NCBI GenBank assembly: GCA_041500405.1
Contig: JBGQMB010000001.1
Location: forward strand, 9,490 to 73,489
Length of the DNA: 64,000 bases
From: Candidatus Micrarchaeia archaeon
GTDB lineage: Archaea; Micrarchaeota; Micrarchaeia; Anstonellales; J096
Direction: 5' to 3'
Below the pieces are notes generated by a model that saw only the letters and a program-made list of their open reading frames with translations, made no database searches and had not been told where the DNA came from. Both the position numbers and the translations under genes were made by a program. Positions 16,216 to 26,042 of this stretch are shown here, piece after piece; within the stretch, counting starts at the first letter, position 1; every line of letters begins with the position of its first letter.

Positions 16216-16313
16216 TTCTTGATATAATGCTTAAAAAGGTTTCAATTTTCCGCCGAACCATAAACATATAAAAACAGTTATATACACAGATTACTCTTCA
16301 TATAGGTGCCAAA

Positions 16314-17579
16314 ATGAGCGAAACGTCACATAAGCAAAAAAGACATAAGGACCACCCGGCGGCAAGGCTGGGGAAGTTCTTCTTTGAATCAAAGGAGGGC
16401 GCAAAAAGGCTGCTGCCGCTCAAGCTGGCCCTTAAAAGGCAGGAGCATTTTGAGAGGCTTACGATAGCGGCAATACAGGAGATATCCGCGGACGCCCTGT
16501 TCTTTGTCGGCATGGACAAGAAGGTAATAAGCTGCAGCGACTCCGCATCTGGCATCTTCGGGTACGGAAAAGGCGAGCTTATTGGCATGGACGCATCAGT
16601 GTTCCTTCCAAGTGAGGATAAGGTAAGGCCGGTGCACGGCCAAATAGCAAAGAGGGTTTGCACATTCATAAGGAAGGACGGCTCAACGTTTTCTGGGGAG
16701 CTTTGCGGAAAGGTCGTGAACGACCATAAAGGCAAGCCCTCTTTCGTCGTGATTTCAGTTTGGGACACCACAGACAGGGAAAGGAGCCTCATGGAGCAAA
16801 AAGCCGAGAGCGCGACAATAGTTGGCAGCGGCCTTGCGCACGACATCAACAACATGTTGGGTGCAGTTTTGGGCAATGTTGAACTGGCGAAAAGCAATGT
16901 CCCGCAGCATGGAATGGACCATGCCAACCCGGCCAAGTGCCTGGCGTACTTGTCAAAGGCCATGGAATCAATCATGGCGATAAGGGGGCTCACGCAAATG
17001 TTCAATGACATCTCAGGCTTTACAGTAATGAGGGGCGAGCGCGTTGACCTTGAGCCCATCATGGGCTATCTGTTCGACAAGATAAAGGACAATGCAGGCA
17101 AGGCAAACGTCAATCTCGATTTCACGGGCGGAAAGGATTGCGCATTCCTTGGGGACCCGATAAAGACATTGGAAATGCTTGAGATGTTCGCCGTAAACGC
17201 CATAGAGGCGATGGAAGGGAAGGGCGGAATCCTGCGCATAAGGGTGTTCAAAAGGAACATAGATGCAGCCGGGGCGCCGGGAGACCCGCTTAGCCCAAGC
17301 AGGTGGGCAAGGCGCGATGCGCAAGGAAGGGATTCGATAATGATAACAGTGGCGGATACCGGAAAAGGCATGGACGAAAAGACCAAAAGGAAGATATTTG
17401 ATCCCTATTTCTCCACCAAGGACAGGGGATCGCAGAAGGGCATGGGCCTGAGCCTTGCTGTTGCGCATTCCCTGATAAGCATATTCAAGGGGGACATAAA
17501 AGTGAATTCCGCTCCGGGCAAGGGAACGACCTTTTGGATGAGGTTTCCGGCGGCCGGCCAGGAGGACCGCAACATATAA
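16314..17579 (+). CDS. PAS-domain sensor histidine kinase
   Basis: HisKA H-box LAHDINNMLGAVLGNVELAK. HATPase_c N/G1/G2 boxes (NAIEAM..., VADTGKGMDEKTKRKIFDPYFSTK, GMGLSLA). PAS-like N-terminal region. No response regulator adjacent. Confidence 0.8.
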   Translation: MSETSHKQKRHKDHPAARLGKFFFESKEGAKRLLPLKLALKRQEHFERLTIAAIQEISADALFFVGMDKKVISCSDSASGIFGYGKGELIGMDASVFLPSEDKVRPVHGQIAKRVCTFIRKDGSTFSGELCGKVVNDHKGKPSFVVISVWDTTDRERSLMEQKAESATIVGSGLAHDINNMLGAVLGNVELAKSNVPQHGMDHANPAKCLAYLSKAMESIMAIRGLTQMFNDISGFTVMRGERVDLEPIMGYLFDKIKDNAGKANVNLDFTGGKDCAFLGDPIKTLEMLEMFAVNAIEAMEGKGGILRIRVFKRNIDAAGAPGDPLSPSRWARRDAQGRDSIMITVADTGKGMDEKTKRKIFDPYFSTKDRGSQKGMGLSLAVAHSLISIFKGDIKVNSAPGKGTTFWMRFPAAGQEDRNI

Positions 17580-17624
17580 AAGCATATTCTCCTGAATTAT
17601 CCTTTGCAAACTCATGATTAGCAG

Positions 17625-19829
17625 GTGTCAATAATGGGAAAGAAAGAATTCGTTGTAGAAGAAGTGCAGAAAATAATGGACGACCTTAAACACGTCAGGA
17701 ACGTCGCGATAGTCGCGCACGTCGACCACGGAAAGACGACGCTTACAGACTCGCTTGTCGCAAGGGCCGGCCTGATATCCAAGGAATTGGCAGGCTCCCA
17801 GAGGGTTATGGACTACGATGAGCAGGAGCAGAAAAGGGGCATCACAATCAAGGCGGCGAACATATCCCTTGGATTTACGTATGAGGGCAGCGACTACCTC
17901 ATCAACCTGATTGACACGCCAGGCCACGTGGACTTCGGCGGGCACGTCACAAGGGCCATGAGGGCGGTCGACGGCGTCGTTGTGGTCGTTGACTCAGTGG
18001 AAGGCGTGATGCCGCAGACTGAAACGGTCCTGAGGCAGGCGCTCAAGGAAAGGGCGAAGCCGGTCATATTCATAAACAAGGTCGACAGGCTGATAAACGA
18101 GCTCAAGCTGACCAAGGAGCAGATGATTGAAAGGCTAACGAAGCTGATAATCAACATCAACAAGATAATACAGACCTCGGCACCGCCGGAATTCAAGGAA
18201 GACTGGGCGGTTTCGGTTGAGAATGGCAAGGTGGTGATAGGGTCCGCGTTCAACAAATGGGCGCTCAGCATAACGTCCATGAAGAAAACCGGGATAAACC
18301 TCGGGGACATTTACACCAAGGTTGAGGCAGGGGACCACAAATACCTTGTGGAAAAATCCCCGCTTGACGAAGTCCTGCTTGAGATAATAATAAAGCACCT
18401 TCCCACGCCTTTTGTTGCGCAGAAATACAGGATACCGGTGCTGTGGAAAGGGGACCTTAACTCGCCGGTCGGCCAGAGCATGCTAAACTGCGACAGAAAC
18501 GCGCCGGTTGTCGGCATCATTTTCGTCGTGGTCCATGACGAGCACGCAGGCGAAGTCGGGGTGGCGAGGATTTTCGCCGGAAAGGTGGAAAAAGGGACAC
18601 AGCTTTATCTCGCATCCAAGATGACATACGCCAAGGCCCAGCAGACCGCGATATACATGGGCCCTGACAGGATAGGGACGGAAAAGGTAACAGCAGGGAA
18701 CATCGGCGCAATAATCGGCCTCCGCGACCTTTATGTGGGGGAAACGATATCCTCGGAGCCGATAGAGCCGTTCGAGCAGATAAAGCACTACTCGGAGCCA
18801 GTGGTAACCAAATCCATAGAGGCGAAAAACAGCAAGGACCTTGGCAAGCTGATTGACGCGCTGAGAGGGATATCAAAGGAGGATCCGACGCTAAAAGTCG
18901 CGCTGAACCAGGAAACCGGGGAGCACCTCATAAGCGGCATGGGCGAACTGCACCTTGAAATCATTGAATACAAGATAAGGGAAGAGAAGAAGATACCGAT
19001 TGAGACCTCTCCGCCGATTGTCGTTTACAGGGAGACTATGACAAGGGCCGGCCCGATAAGCGAGGGAAAGTCGCCAAACAAGCACAACAAGTTCTACATA
19101 AAGGCAGAGCCCCTGTCCAAGGAAGTCATGCAGATGCTGGACAACGGGGAAATCAAGGAAGGCGTCCCGAAGGGAAAGAACCAGGAGGTTGTGGACAAGC
19201 TTGTCGCCGCCGGATGGGACAGGGACGAGGCCAAGGGAATATGGGACGTTTACAACAGGAACATAATTGTGGACGCCACCAAGGGAGTCCAGTACCTGAA
19301 TGAGGTGCAGGAGCTTGCCATCCAGTCCTTCGAGGACGCGATGGACAGGGGGCCCCTTGCCCAGGAAAAGGTTTCGGGGCTCAAGATAACGATTGACGAC
19401 GTTTCGCTCCACGAAGACAACGTGCACCGCGGACCGGCCCAGATTCTGCCGGCAGTGAGGAACGCGATATACGTTTCCATGATAAGCGGCGGCATAGTGC
19501 TGCTTGAGCCGAAGCAGAAGGTGCTTATCCAGGTGCCGCATGATTACGCAGGGGACATAATCAACCTCGTGAACGGAAAGAGGGGGCAGATGGTCAACAT
19601 GGAGCAGGAGGAGGACCTGACAAAGATTGTGGAAATCCTCCCGGTCGTTGAGATGTTCGGGTTCTCGAACACGCTCAGGGGCGCGTCCCAGGGAAGGGCG
19701 ATTTGGTACCAGGAGTATGCGGGGTATGACCCGCTTCCGGTAAACCTCCAAGCAAAGATTGTGGAGGACACGAGGAAGAGAAAAGGGCTTCCGCCGCAGC
19801 CGCCGAACGCGCAGCACTTCATGGAATAA
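17625..19829 (+). CDS. fusA: translation elongation factor 2 (aEF-2)
   Basis: GTP-binding AHVDHGKTTLTDSL, DTPGHVDF, NKVDR. Diphthamide-region and domain IV sequences. 734 aa. Real start probably MGKKEF at 17634. Confidence 0.95.
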   Translation: MSIMGKKEFVVEEVQKIMDDLKHVRNVAIVAHVDHGKTTLTDSLVARAGLISKELAGSQRVMDYDEQEQKRGITIKAANISLGFTYEGSDYLINLIDTPGHVDFGGHVTRAMRAVDGVVVVVDSVEGVMPQTETVLRQALKERAKPVIFINKVDRLINELKLTKEQMIERLTKLIININKIIQTSAPPEFKEDWAVSVENGKVVIGSAFNKWALSITSMKKTGINLGDIYTKVEAGDHKYLVEKSPLDEVLLEIIIKHLPTPFVAQKYRIPVLWKGDLNSPVGQSMLNCDRNAPVVGIIFVVVHDEHAGEVGVARIFAGKVEKGTQLYLASKMTYAKAQQTAIYMGPDRIGTEKVTAGNIGAIIGLRDLYVGETISSEPIEPFEQIKHYSEPVVTKSIEAKNSKDLGKLIDALRGISKEDPTLKVALNQETGEHLISGMGELHLEIIEYKIREEKKIPIETSPPIVVYRETMTRAGPISEGKSPNKHNKFYIKAEPLSKEVMQMLDNGEIKEGVPKGKNQEVVDKLVAAGWDRDEAKGIWDVYNRNIIVDATKGVQYLNEVQELAIQSFEDAMDRGPLAQEKVSGLKITIDDVSLHEDNVHRGPAQILPAVRNAIYVSMISGGIVLLEPKQKVLIQVPHDYAGDIINLVNGKRGQMVNMEQEEDLTKIVEILPVVEMFGFSNTLRGASQGRAIWYQEYAGYDPLPVNLQAKIVEDTRKRKGLPPQPPNAQHFME

Positions 19830-19837
19830 AGGGAGCG

Positions 19838-20971
19838 TTATTTTTCATTTCCCCTGTTCTTTCCAATCTTTTCATAAAGCGCAACAATCCTTTTTGTCTG
19901 CTTCACAATGTCATATTTCTTAGCCGCTTCCCTGCACTTCCTGCAGTTTCCGTGTTTCATGGCAAAACTGACTGCCTTCCCGAATTCATCCGCGTTTGAG
20001 AACACAAGCCTTTTGTCGACCTCTTCGGCAATTTCCGCCCCAGACGTCCCTTTTGCCGCTATGACCGGCATTCCGGACGCCAATGCCTCAACCACAACAA
20101 GGCCCTGGGTGTCAAACGGCGAGCAAAAGACCAGCGCGTTCGCCTTCCTGTAAAGCGCGTTCAGCCTTTTGTGCGGCACAAATCCCAGGAATTTCACGTC
20201 CCTTGAGACGCCGAGCCTTTTCGCCTCCTCCCTGTAATGCGCGATGCCAGGCCCGCCGCCTGCAACAACCAGTTTGGCCTTCTTTCCCTTTTCCTTCATC
20301 GCGGCCATCATGCACATTGCCGTGTCTATCCTTTTCTCCTTTACGACGCGGCCAACGTGGAGCAAAAGAGGAATTCCCCTATTGGGTTTGCGCATAGCCT
20401 TGAGGTATCTGCCTAACTCTATGCCGTTCGGGAAAACAGCGGATTTTATGCCGTGGTCCGAGAGCATTTTCGCCGCAGTCTCCGACGGCGCAAGAACAGC
20501 GTCGTAGTTCGAGTAAAGCCATCTCAGATAGTGCCACGCGATTGCCTCGAAGTGGCGGTCAAGCATCTTGAATTTGGATATGTAATGCGTCGCTCCCGCG
20601 ACGTTCGTGTGGAACGTAACAACTTTCGGGACATTGAGCCTCTTTGCCACCCTGTACGCCGCTATGCTGGTGAAAGCAATGCCGTGGCTATGCACCGCAT
20701 CTATCTTCAGTTCCCTGCATTTCCTTGCCAGCGCGTCTATGCCAAGCGTGGCCTCATGCACCATGGCTATCCTGTACTGCGGATATGGCGCAAACGGATG
20801 GGACTCGAAATAATGCACTTCCTTGTCAACCCAGCTTTCCCTTGATGGGGATGGCGCAAAAACATAGACAGTATGCCCGTTCCTTTCAAGCTCGCCCTTA
20901 AGAAGTTCAATGCACCTGACAACTCCATCAACGTTTGGCTTGTAGCTGTCCGTGAAAAAGGCAATGTTCAA
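19838..20971 (-). CDS. glycosyltransferase family 4
   Basis: MNIAFFTDSYKPNVDGVV N-terminal GT4 signature. C-terminal EX7E region (GLVVVEALASGMPVIAAKGTSGAEIAEE). 377 aa. Confidence 0.8.
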   Translation of the reverse strand: MNIAFFTDSYKPNVDGVVRCIELLKGELERNGHTVYVFAPSPSRESWVDKEVHYFESHPFAPYPQYRIAMVHEATLGIDALARKCRELKIDAVHSHGIAFTSIAAYRVAKRLNVPKVVTFHTNVAGATHYISKFKMLDRHFEAIAWHYLRWLYSNYDAVLAPSETAAKMLSDHGIKSAVFPNGIELGRYLKAMRKPNRGIPLLLHVGRVVKEKRIDTAMCMMAAMKEKGKKAKLVVAGGGPGIAHYREEAKRLGVSRDVKFLGFVPHKRLNALYRKANALVFCSPFDTQGLVVVEALASGMPVIAAKGTSGAEIAEEVDKRLVFSNADEFGKAVSFAMKHGNCRKCREAAKKYDIVKQTKRIVALYEKIGKNRGNEK

Positions 20972-20975
20972 GTTT

Positions 20976-21689
20976 TCACCTTATCGGCTCGTACTCTGTC
21001 CCCGTCTTGTTAAGCAGGTTCGCCTCTATGAAATTCCTTGCATGGAAAAACGTGTATTTCAGGTATCCCCATTTCCTCATCCTTCTGGGGCTTGTGAACG
21101 CGAACGCGTCCTTGCTGTGGATTATCCTTCCATGCCTTTTTGCCGCCCTTACAAGCATGGTGTCCTCCCCGGTCATCACGTGCGGGAACCCGCCTATCTT
21201 GCGGTAGAACTTCCTTTCAAGCGCTATGTTGTCCGCGTTTGCGTAGACAAGGTTGAGCATGGACGTTGCTGGAAGCAAAACCTTATTCACCAGGTGCCCT
21301 CCCCATTCTTCCAGGAAGTTGGGCTGGTCTATGTAAAGGCTCCCCATGACCGCGTCCGCCCTTTTCTCTATTATCGGCTCCGTTATCCTTTCAAGCCAGC
21401 CCTTGGGGTAAATCGCGTCCGCTGAACAGCTTATGAGTATTGTTCCCCTTCCAGCCCGCATGGCCTTGTCCCTTGAGCGGCCTATGCTCCCGCGCGGGTC
21501 GAAAATGACCTTGGCGCCGATGTCCTCCGCTATTTTAACAGTTCCATCGCTGCTATAGCTGTCAACCACTATTGCCTCGATTTTACCGCTTTGCCTAAAA
21601 AGGCTGTCAAGGCACTTTCCGATGTACTTTCCCTCATTGTACGTCGGTATAGTGAAGGTTATCATGCGTTTTCCGTGTTGTGCAAACAA
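20976..21689 (-). CDS. glycosyltransferase family 2
   Basis: ITFTIPTYNEGKYIGKCLDSL (GT-A fold N-terminus), DSYSSDGT (DxD region). 237 aa. Confidence 0.8.
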   Translation of the reverse strand: MFAQHGKRMITFTIPTYNEGKYIGKCLDSLFRQSGKIEAIVVDSYSSDGTVKIAEDIGAKVIFDPRGSIGRSRDKAMRAGRGTILISCSADAIYPKGWLERITEPIIEKRADAVMGSLYIDQPNFLEEWGGHLVNKVLLPATSMLNLVYANADNIALERKFYRKIGGFPHVMTGEDTMLVRAAKRHGRIIHSKDAFAFTSPRRMRKWGYLKYTFFHARNFIEANLLNKTGTEYEPIR

Positions 21690-21698
21690 TTAATAACC

Positions 21699-22628
21699 CT
21701 ATTGGCTGCTGCCTTCGGCGGCGCCTTCGGCGGGCTCTTCCACAAACTCTGTTTTCACATCAAGGCCGCTAACCCGCCTTATCCTTTCAATATGCCTTTC
21801 TATGCGCTCGAGCAGCCTTAGCGTCCTCTGCCCTGTTTTCATTGCATCGGTCTGCATTCTTTCCCCGACTCTCCTTTGGGATCCCTTCCTCAGCATCGCA
21901 TCCCGCGAAAACTTGACGGATATTGCCGCGGCTGTTCCAGATGCAACAGCTATCCCAACGGATATCAGCATCTCGGCCAAGCGCTCAGATTGCGGCAGCG
22001 GCTCTATGCCCGGCGGCGCTGCGCTGTCAAGCCTTACCATCTCAATCATCAGGGACATAAGCACGATTCCGCCAAGGTATCCGCCCCATATGGCCCCGGT
22101 TTTCCAGTTTTTCTTGCTATGTGCCTTTAGCGGAAGCCCGTCATAATATCCTATGTCGCTCCTTGCAGACCCGAGCGATTCAACCATTTCCGCATTTACC
22201 GCATTGAATACCTCCGCGCACTTCCTGCGCGCAAGGTCCAGCGCCTCGCCGACCTTTGTCATATCGCCGCTGAACGTTTCGCTGCCCGGCTTTATTTCCA
22301 TAATGCTGTTCTTGAGCAGCGAAAGGCCCAGTATCGGGCTCTCGCAAAGCACCACATCATTCTTGGCTTCGGCATTATCCTCTTTCTTTTCGTTCTTAAT
22401 TTTCATAGAGGTTGTGGTTGTCTTGGTCTTAGGAGGCTCCTTTTTCGGGGCCAGCCTCTCCATCCGCTCCATGCAGTCCTTTGCTTTCGCGATGCAGCGG
22501 AGCGCCATCTTCTTTTCGTGGCCCGCAACCAGCTTTTTCACGCATTTCGGCATCTGGGGCTTCCTGAAATGGGCCTGAAAATATGCCTGTATTTTCTCCA
22601 TCCTCTCGCCTGGTTCTGCCATATACAC
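21699..22628 (-). CDS. hypothetical membrane protein with Lys/Thr-rich low-complexity linker
   Basis: 309 aa. KEPPKTKTTTTSMKIKNEKKEDNAEAKND low-complexity segment. Hydrophobic helices GAIWGGYLGGIVLMSLMIEMV and MLISVGIAVASGTAAAISV. Confidence 0.4.
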   Translation of the reverse strand: MYMAEPGERMEKIQAYFQAHFRKPQMPKCVKKLVAGHEKKMALRCIAKAKDCMERMERLAPKKEPPKTKTTTTSMKIKNEKKEDNAEAKNDVVLCESPILGLSLLKNSIMEIKPGSETFSGDMTKVGEALDLARRKCAEVFNAVNAEMVESLGSARSDIGYYDGLPLKAHSKKNWKTGAIWGGYLGGIVLMSLMIEMVRLDSAAPPGIEPLPQSERLAEMLISVGIAVASGTAAAISVKFSRDAMLRKGSQRRVGERMQTDAMKTGQRTLRLLERIERHIERIRRVSGLDVKTEFVEEPAEGAAEGSSQ

Positions 22629-22692
22629 TTACTATTTGAAACAATTTAAAAAGCTGGCGCTGGTTCAGCTGCCGTTTCCGCCGCGCCTGCCA

Positions 22693-24078
22693 TCACATGT
22701 GGAAGTACTGGTCGAACTCGTAGGCGTTCGGTATCATGCTCCCCATCCTCTGCTCCTTTATCTTCTGTTCTAGGTAATCAACAAGCAGTTCCGGGGTTAT
22801 TACGCCCTTCACGAAATCAACGTCGTTTTCCATGGCATCTATCGCCGTCATCAGGTCCCTTGGGAAGTCCTCAACCTTGAGCCTCTTCCTTTCCTTTGAC
22901 TGCATTGTCGAAGGCCTTTCAGTGAGCATCTCCATCGGAGGCTCGGTCTTTCTTTTCACTCCGTCAAGGCCTGCGGCCATTATGACGGAATAGGCCAGGA
23001 ACGGGTTGAGCGTCGGGTCCGGGAAGGTCGCGACTATCCTGGCGTCCTTTCCGGAATTGTCTATGAAAACCGCGTTTGACTTGTCCGCATTGCCCCAGGA
23101 CATGTATTTCGGATCCTCGTAGAACCTCTTGTATGAGTTTGTCGTGGGGTTTGTGAAAAGCATGAGAGCTTTCAAATGCTCCAGTATGCCTCCGACAAAA
23201 TACCTTGCGTTGTCGCTGATTCCGTCCTTTTTGCCGTAGAACACGTTTTCGCCCTTGTCTCCGATTGCCGATATCTCAAGCTCAAGGCCGCTTCCCTTTT
23301 CAGACGGTATCGGCATGGGCATGAACGTGGCGTTTACGCCGTTCAGGAAACCGACCGTCCTTGCCACCTGCTTGAAGGACGTGAATGCAAATGCGGATGT
23401 TATGAAGTCCAGGTCCTTTATGAACATGGCCTGGTGCGAACTGTTGTTCCTGCCGTGCATGTGCCTTTCAACCGCGTATCCAAATTGCGAATAGACCTGG
23501 CATATCTGCTGCCTTATGCCGTTGTAAAGGTCGTTCGGGAACGATGCGGCATTCATGTTTTCCATTATCGGCGCGTTCGGGGTCCACTTGCTTTCCTTGC
23601 TTCCGAGCGTTACGGCAGAGCCTCCCTCCTTGTAGGTCCTATCCACGCCGTACCTGTCAAAGACGTAGAACTCCACCTTCTGCCTCACGATGATCTTGCT
23701 GATTCCGAGCGCATCCGCGTTCTTTCCGAGCCTGTCGGCGGCGTAAACAGGGTCCTTGAGGTGCCTTGTCCCGTCAGTTTTCTGTATCCTGCAGATGAGC
23801 CTTGCGTTCTTGTCCCCCATGTCAACGTACGTGTCCAAATCCGGGACAAGGACAAGCTTCTCGTAATAGTCGTCATTGAAGATGCTGCCGACATTGTCAG
23901 CCTCGATTCCTTTTTCGAAGTCGCTTGCCGCGATGAGTTCCCTGTTGACGCTGACCTCCCTCACGGAGCCGAAAATGTCTATGAACTGCAGATTCAGCCA
24001 CTTTATCCCGTTGGAGTTCATCTTATCCATAATTTCGTTTGAGCTTGGCATAATACCACGTCTTCCTTTTGGGGTCAA
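22693..24078 (-). CDS. glnA: glutamine synthetase family protein
   Basis: N-terminal beta-grasp IKWLNLQFIDIFGSVREVSV and catalytic-domain features over 461 aa. Alternative start at MPSSNE (24051). Confidence 0.8.
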   Translation of the reverse strand: MTPKGRRGIMPSSNEIMDKMNSNGIKWLNLQFIDIFGSVREVSVNRELIAASDFEKGIEADNVGSIFNDDYYEKLVLVPDLDTYVDMGDKNARLICRIQKTDGTRHLKDPVYAADRLGKNADALGISKIIVRQKVEFYVFDRYGVDRTYKEGGSAVTLGSKESKWTPNAPIMENMNAASFPNDLYNGIRQQICQVYSQFGYAVERHMHGRNNSSHQAMFIKDLDFITSAFAFTSFKQVARTVGFLNGVNATFMPMPIPSEKGSGLELEISAIGDKGENVFYGKKDGISDNARYFVGGILEHLKALMLFTNPTTNSYKRFYEDPKYMSWGNADKSNAVFIDNSGKDARIVATFPDPTLNPFLAYSVIMAAGLDGVKRKTEPPMEMLTERPSTMQSKERKRLKVEDFPRDLMTAIDAMENDVDFVKGVITPELLVDYLEQKIKEQRMGSMIPNAYEFDQYFHM

Positions 24079-24094
24079 GCTGTTTTTAAATCTT

Positions 24095-24439
24095 TTAGCG
24101 CTTCACACTCAACCTTACATTTCCTGCAATCGAATCGTGGTTCACTGAAACCGATTCGGCTTCCGCGCCGTCGCATCCGGACTCAATGGCGCAGAACGGC
24201 GTTTCGTAGGACACGCAGGCGCCTGACATCTTTGCCATCTTCACAATATCGGCTTCAAGCCCGACGGGGTCAGAGCAATAGAACATGCCTGTTCCGTGCC
24301 TGGCATAAAGGGTTGAGAGCATGTCCTCCGCTATCGCATACTGCGCCGCCCTCCTGTCGTCCCCGCCGTAGAATATCGGGACCATTGGCAGCATCGCGAC
24401 CAGCAGCAAAAGCGAGACAGCGGCCTCAAGCGCCTTCAT
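24095..24439 (-). CDS. small secreted Cys-containing hypothetical protein
   Basis: 114 aa with signal-peptide-like N-terminus MKALEAAVSLLLLVAMLPMVPIF and four Cys. Confidence 0.4.
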   Translation of the reverse strand: MKALEAAVSLLLLVAMLPMVPIFYGGDDRRAAQYAIAEDMLSTLYARHGTGMFYCSDPVGLEADIVKMAKMSGACVSYETPFCAIESGCDGAEAESVSVNHDSIAGNVRLSVKR

Positions 24440-24551
24440 GGTTAAGCATTCCAGAATAAGCTTTTAATCCATAGCGCAACAATGGGCCCGCTGCAGCGAT
24501 GACCCTGCTGGTCCATTTGCAGCAGGCCCTCGGGAGCCATGCCGTATTATT

Positions 24552-24625
24552 TGGGCCCGCTGGGAGTTGGACCCAGGACCTTTCGATTATCAGTCGAACG
24601 CTCTACCAGGCTGAGCTACGAGCCC
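24552..24625 (-). tRNA. tRNA-Ile (anticodon GAT)
   Basis: Reverse complement folds as acceptor GGGCTCG/CGGGCCC (one G-U), D-arm GCTC-AGCCTGGTA-GAGC, anticodon arm TTCGA-CTGATAA-TCGAA, variable AGGTC, T-arm CTGGG-TCCAACT-CCCAG, discriminator A. 74 nt, no CCA. Confidence 0.9.
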
Positions 24626-24776
24626 CATTGGCATTTAAACGTAGGAAAACGTGCAGGAAAAGGTTTTTAACACGCTTGCCTTTGCGGTTTTGGCAGAACA
24701 ATCATTTTTGTGTCTTTTTGTGGCAGAAAGCAATCTTTTTAAACCGTTTGTGGATAGTTATCCAAAAGGTATCATT

Positions 24777-26042
24777 ATGGCAGAACAAACCGTTGCACCA
24801 GGGGCAAAGCTCAATCCGAATTACAGGAAGCTTGCGGCAGGCTATCTTTTTCCGGAGATAGCGAAAAGAGCGAATGCATTTGCGGCCAAAAATCCGGACG
24901 CAAAGATAATCAGGCTGGGCATAGGCGACACTGTTTTGCCCTTGACAGCTACGGTCATAGAGCACCTGCACAGGGGCGTCGACAAGCTTTCAAAGCAGGA
25001 GACATATTCTGGCTATGGAGAAGAGCATGGGGACATCAGGCTGAGGAAAGCGCTGGCTGATTATTACAGGAAAACGAGATATGTAGAGATTGAATCAGAA
25101 GAATTTTTTATAAGCGACGGGGCGAAATGCGACTCAGGAAACATTCAGTCCATTTTCGACATAAAAAACATCGTTGCTGTGCAGGACCCGGCATACCCGG
25201 TCTACGTTGACACGAACGTGGCATCAGGAAGGTCCGAAGAATACAACGCTGACCTTTCATGCTATTCAGGGATAGTGTACATGCCGTGCAATGCATCAAA
25301 CGGGTTTTTCCCGGATGTCCCGAAACAGCATGTTGACCTGATATACATCTGCAGCCCGAACAACCCGACCGGCGCGGCTGCAACAAAGGAGCAGCTGAAG
25401 ACAATTGTCGAATATTCAATAGCTGAAAAGGCCATAATACTGTTCGACTCCGCATACTTCATGTTCATAAGCGACCCTTTGCTGCCAAAGAGCATTTATG
25501 AGATAGAAGGCGCAAGGCAATGCGCGATTGAGATTAGCAGCTTCTCAAAATGGGCAGGCTACACCGGTGTAAGAGGGGGCTGGTCCATTGTGCCAAAGAC
25601 GCTCATTACCGCTGATTCCAAGCCTGGAGAGGTCCATACTGTATGGAGCCTGTGGCACAGGAGACAGCGCACCTTCTTCAACGGGCCTTCAAACATAGCC
25701 CAGGAAGGGGCACTTGGAGTCCTTACAGAAAAGGGCCTTGCGGAAAGCCAGGGGCTGATTGACTATTACATGCACAACGCAACGATATTGGCGGAGTGCT
25801 TCAAGAAACTGGGTCTTGAAGTGTATGGCGGGAAAAACGCGCCTTTCCTTTGGGTAAGGACGCCAAACGGCATGAAATCCTGGGAGTTCTTCGACAAGAT
25901 GCTCAACGAGGCTCATGTCGTCGTCACTCCGGGCTCAGGTTTCGGGCCAAGCGGAGAAGGGTATTTCAGGGTCAGCGCATTCGGCATGAGGGACAGCATA
26001 AACGCCGGCGTTGAAAGCATAAAGTCAAACCTTAAGCTGTGA
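24777..26042 (+). CDS. dapL: LL-diaminopimelate aminotransferase
   Basis: N-terminal signature NPNYRKLAAGYLFPEIAKRANAF...AKIIRLGIGD matches the DapL consensus (KLKAGYLFPEI...IIKLGIGD). Class I/II aminotransferase fold with PLP-Lys region SFSKWAGYTGVRGG. Start set at MAEQ (24777). Confidence 0.8.
   Translation: MAEQTVAPGAKLNPNYRKLAAGYLFPEIAKRANAFAAKNPDAKIIRLGIGDTVLPLTATVIEHLHRGVDKLSKQETYSGYGEEHGDIRLRKALADYYRKTRYVEIESEEFFISDGAKCDSGNIQSIFDIKNIVAVQDPAYPVYVDTNVASGRSEEYNADLSCYSGIVYMPCNASNGFFPDVPKQHVDLIYICSPNNPTGAAATKEQLKTIVEYSIAEKAIILFDSAYFMFISDPLLPKSIYEIEGARQCAIEISSFSKWAGYTGVRGGWSIVPKTLITADSKPGEVHTVWSLWHRRQRTFFNGPSNIAQEGALGVLTEKGLAESQGLIDYYMHNATILAECFKKLGLEVYGGKNAPFLWVRTPNGMKSWEFFDKMLNEAHVVVTPGSGFGPSGEGYFRVSAFGMRDSINAGVESIKSNLKL

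Noticed and set aside
18891-19817. 308-aa minus-strand ORF inside the EF-2 gene
   Set aside because: EF-2 identity on the plus strand is unambiguous, so this is an antisense artefact of a GC-rich gene.
24483-24540. Second partial tRNA or tRNA pseudogene upstream of tRNA-Ile
   Set aside because: Only 11 nt match the tRNA 3-prime end and the rest cannot be folded into a cloverleaf. Reported instead as a repeat/att-like scar.
24634-24639. TTTAAA as the TATA box for tRNA-Ile
   Set aside because: It lies only 9-14 nt upstream of the mature 5-prime end, too close for an archaeal TATA at about -26, so it was left uncalled. A longer leader or a different promoter element is possible.
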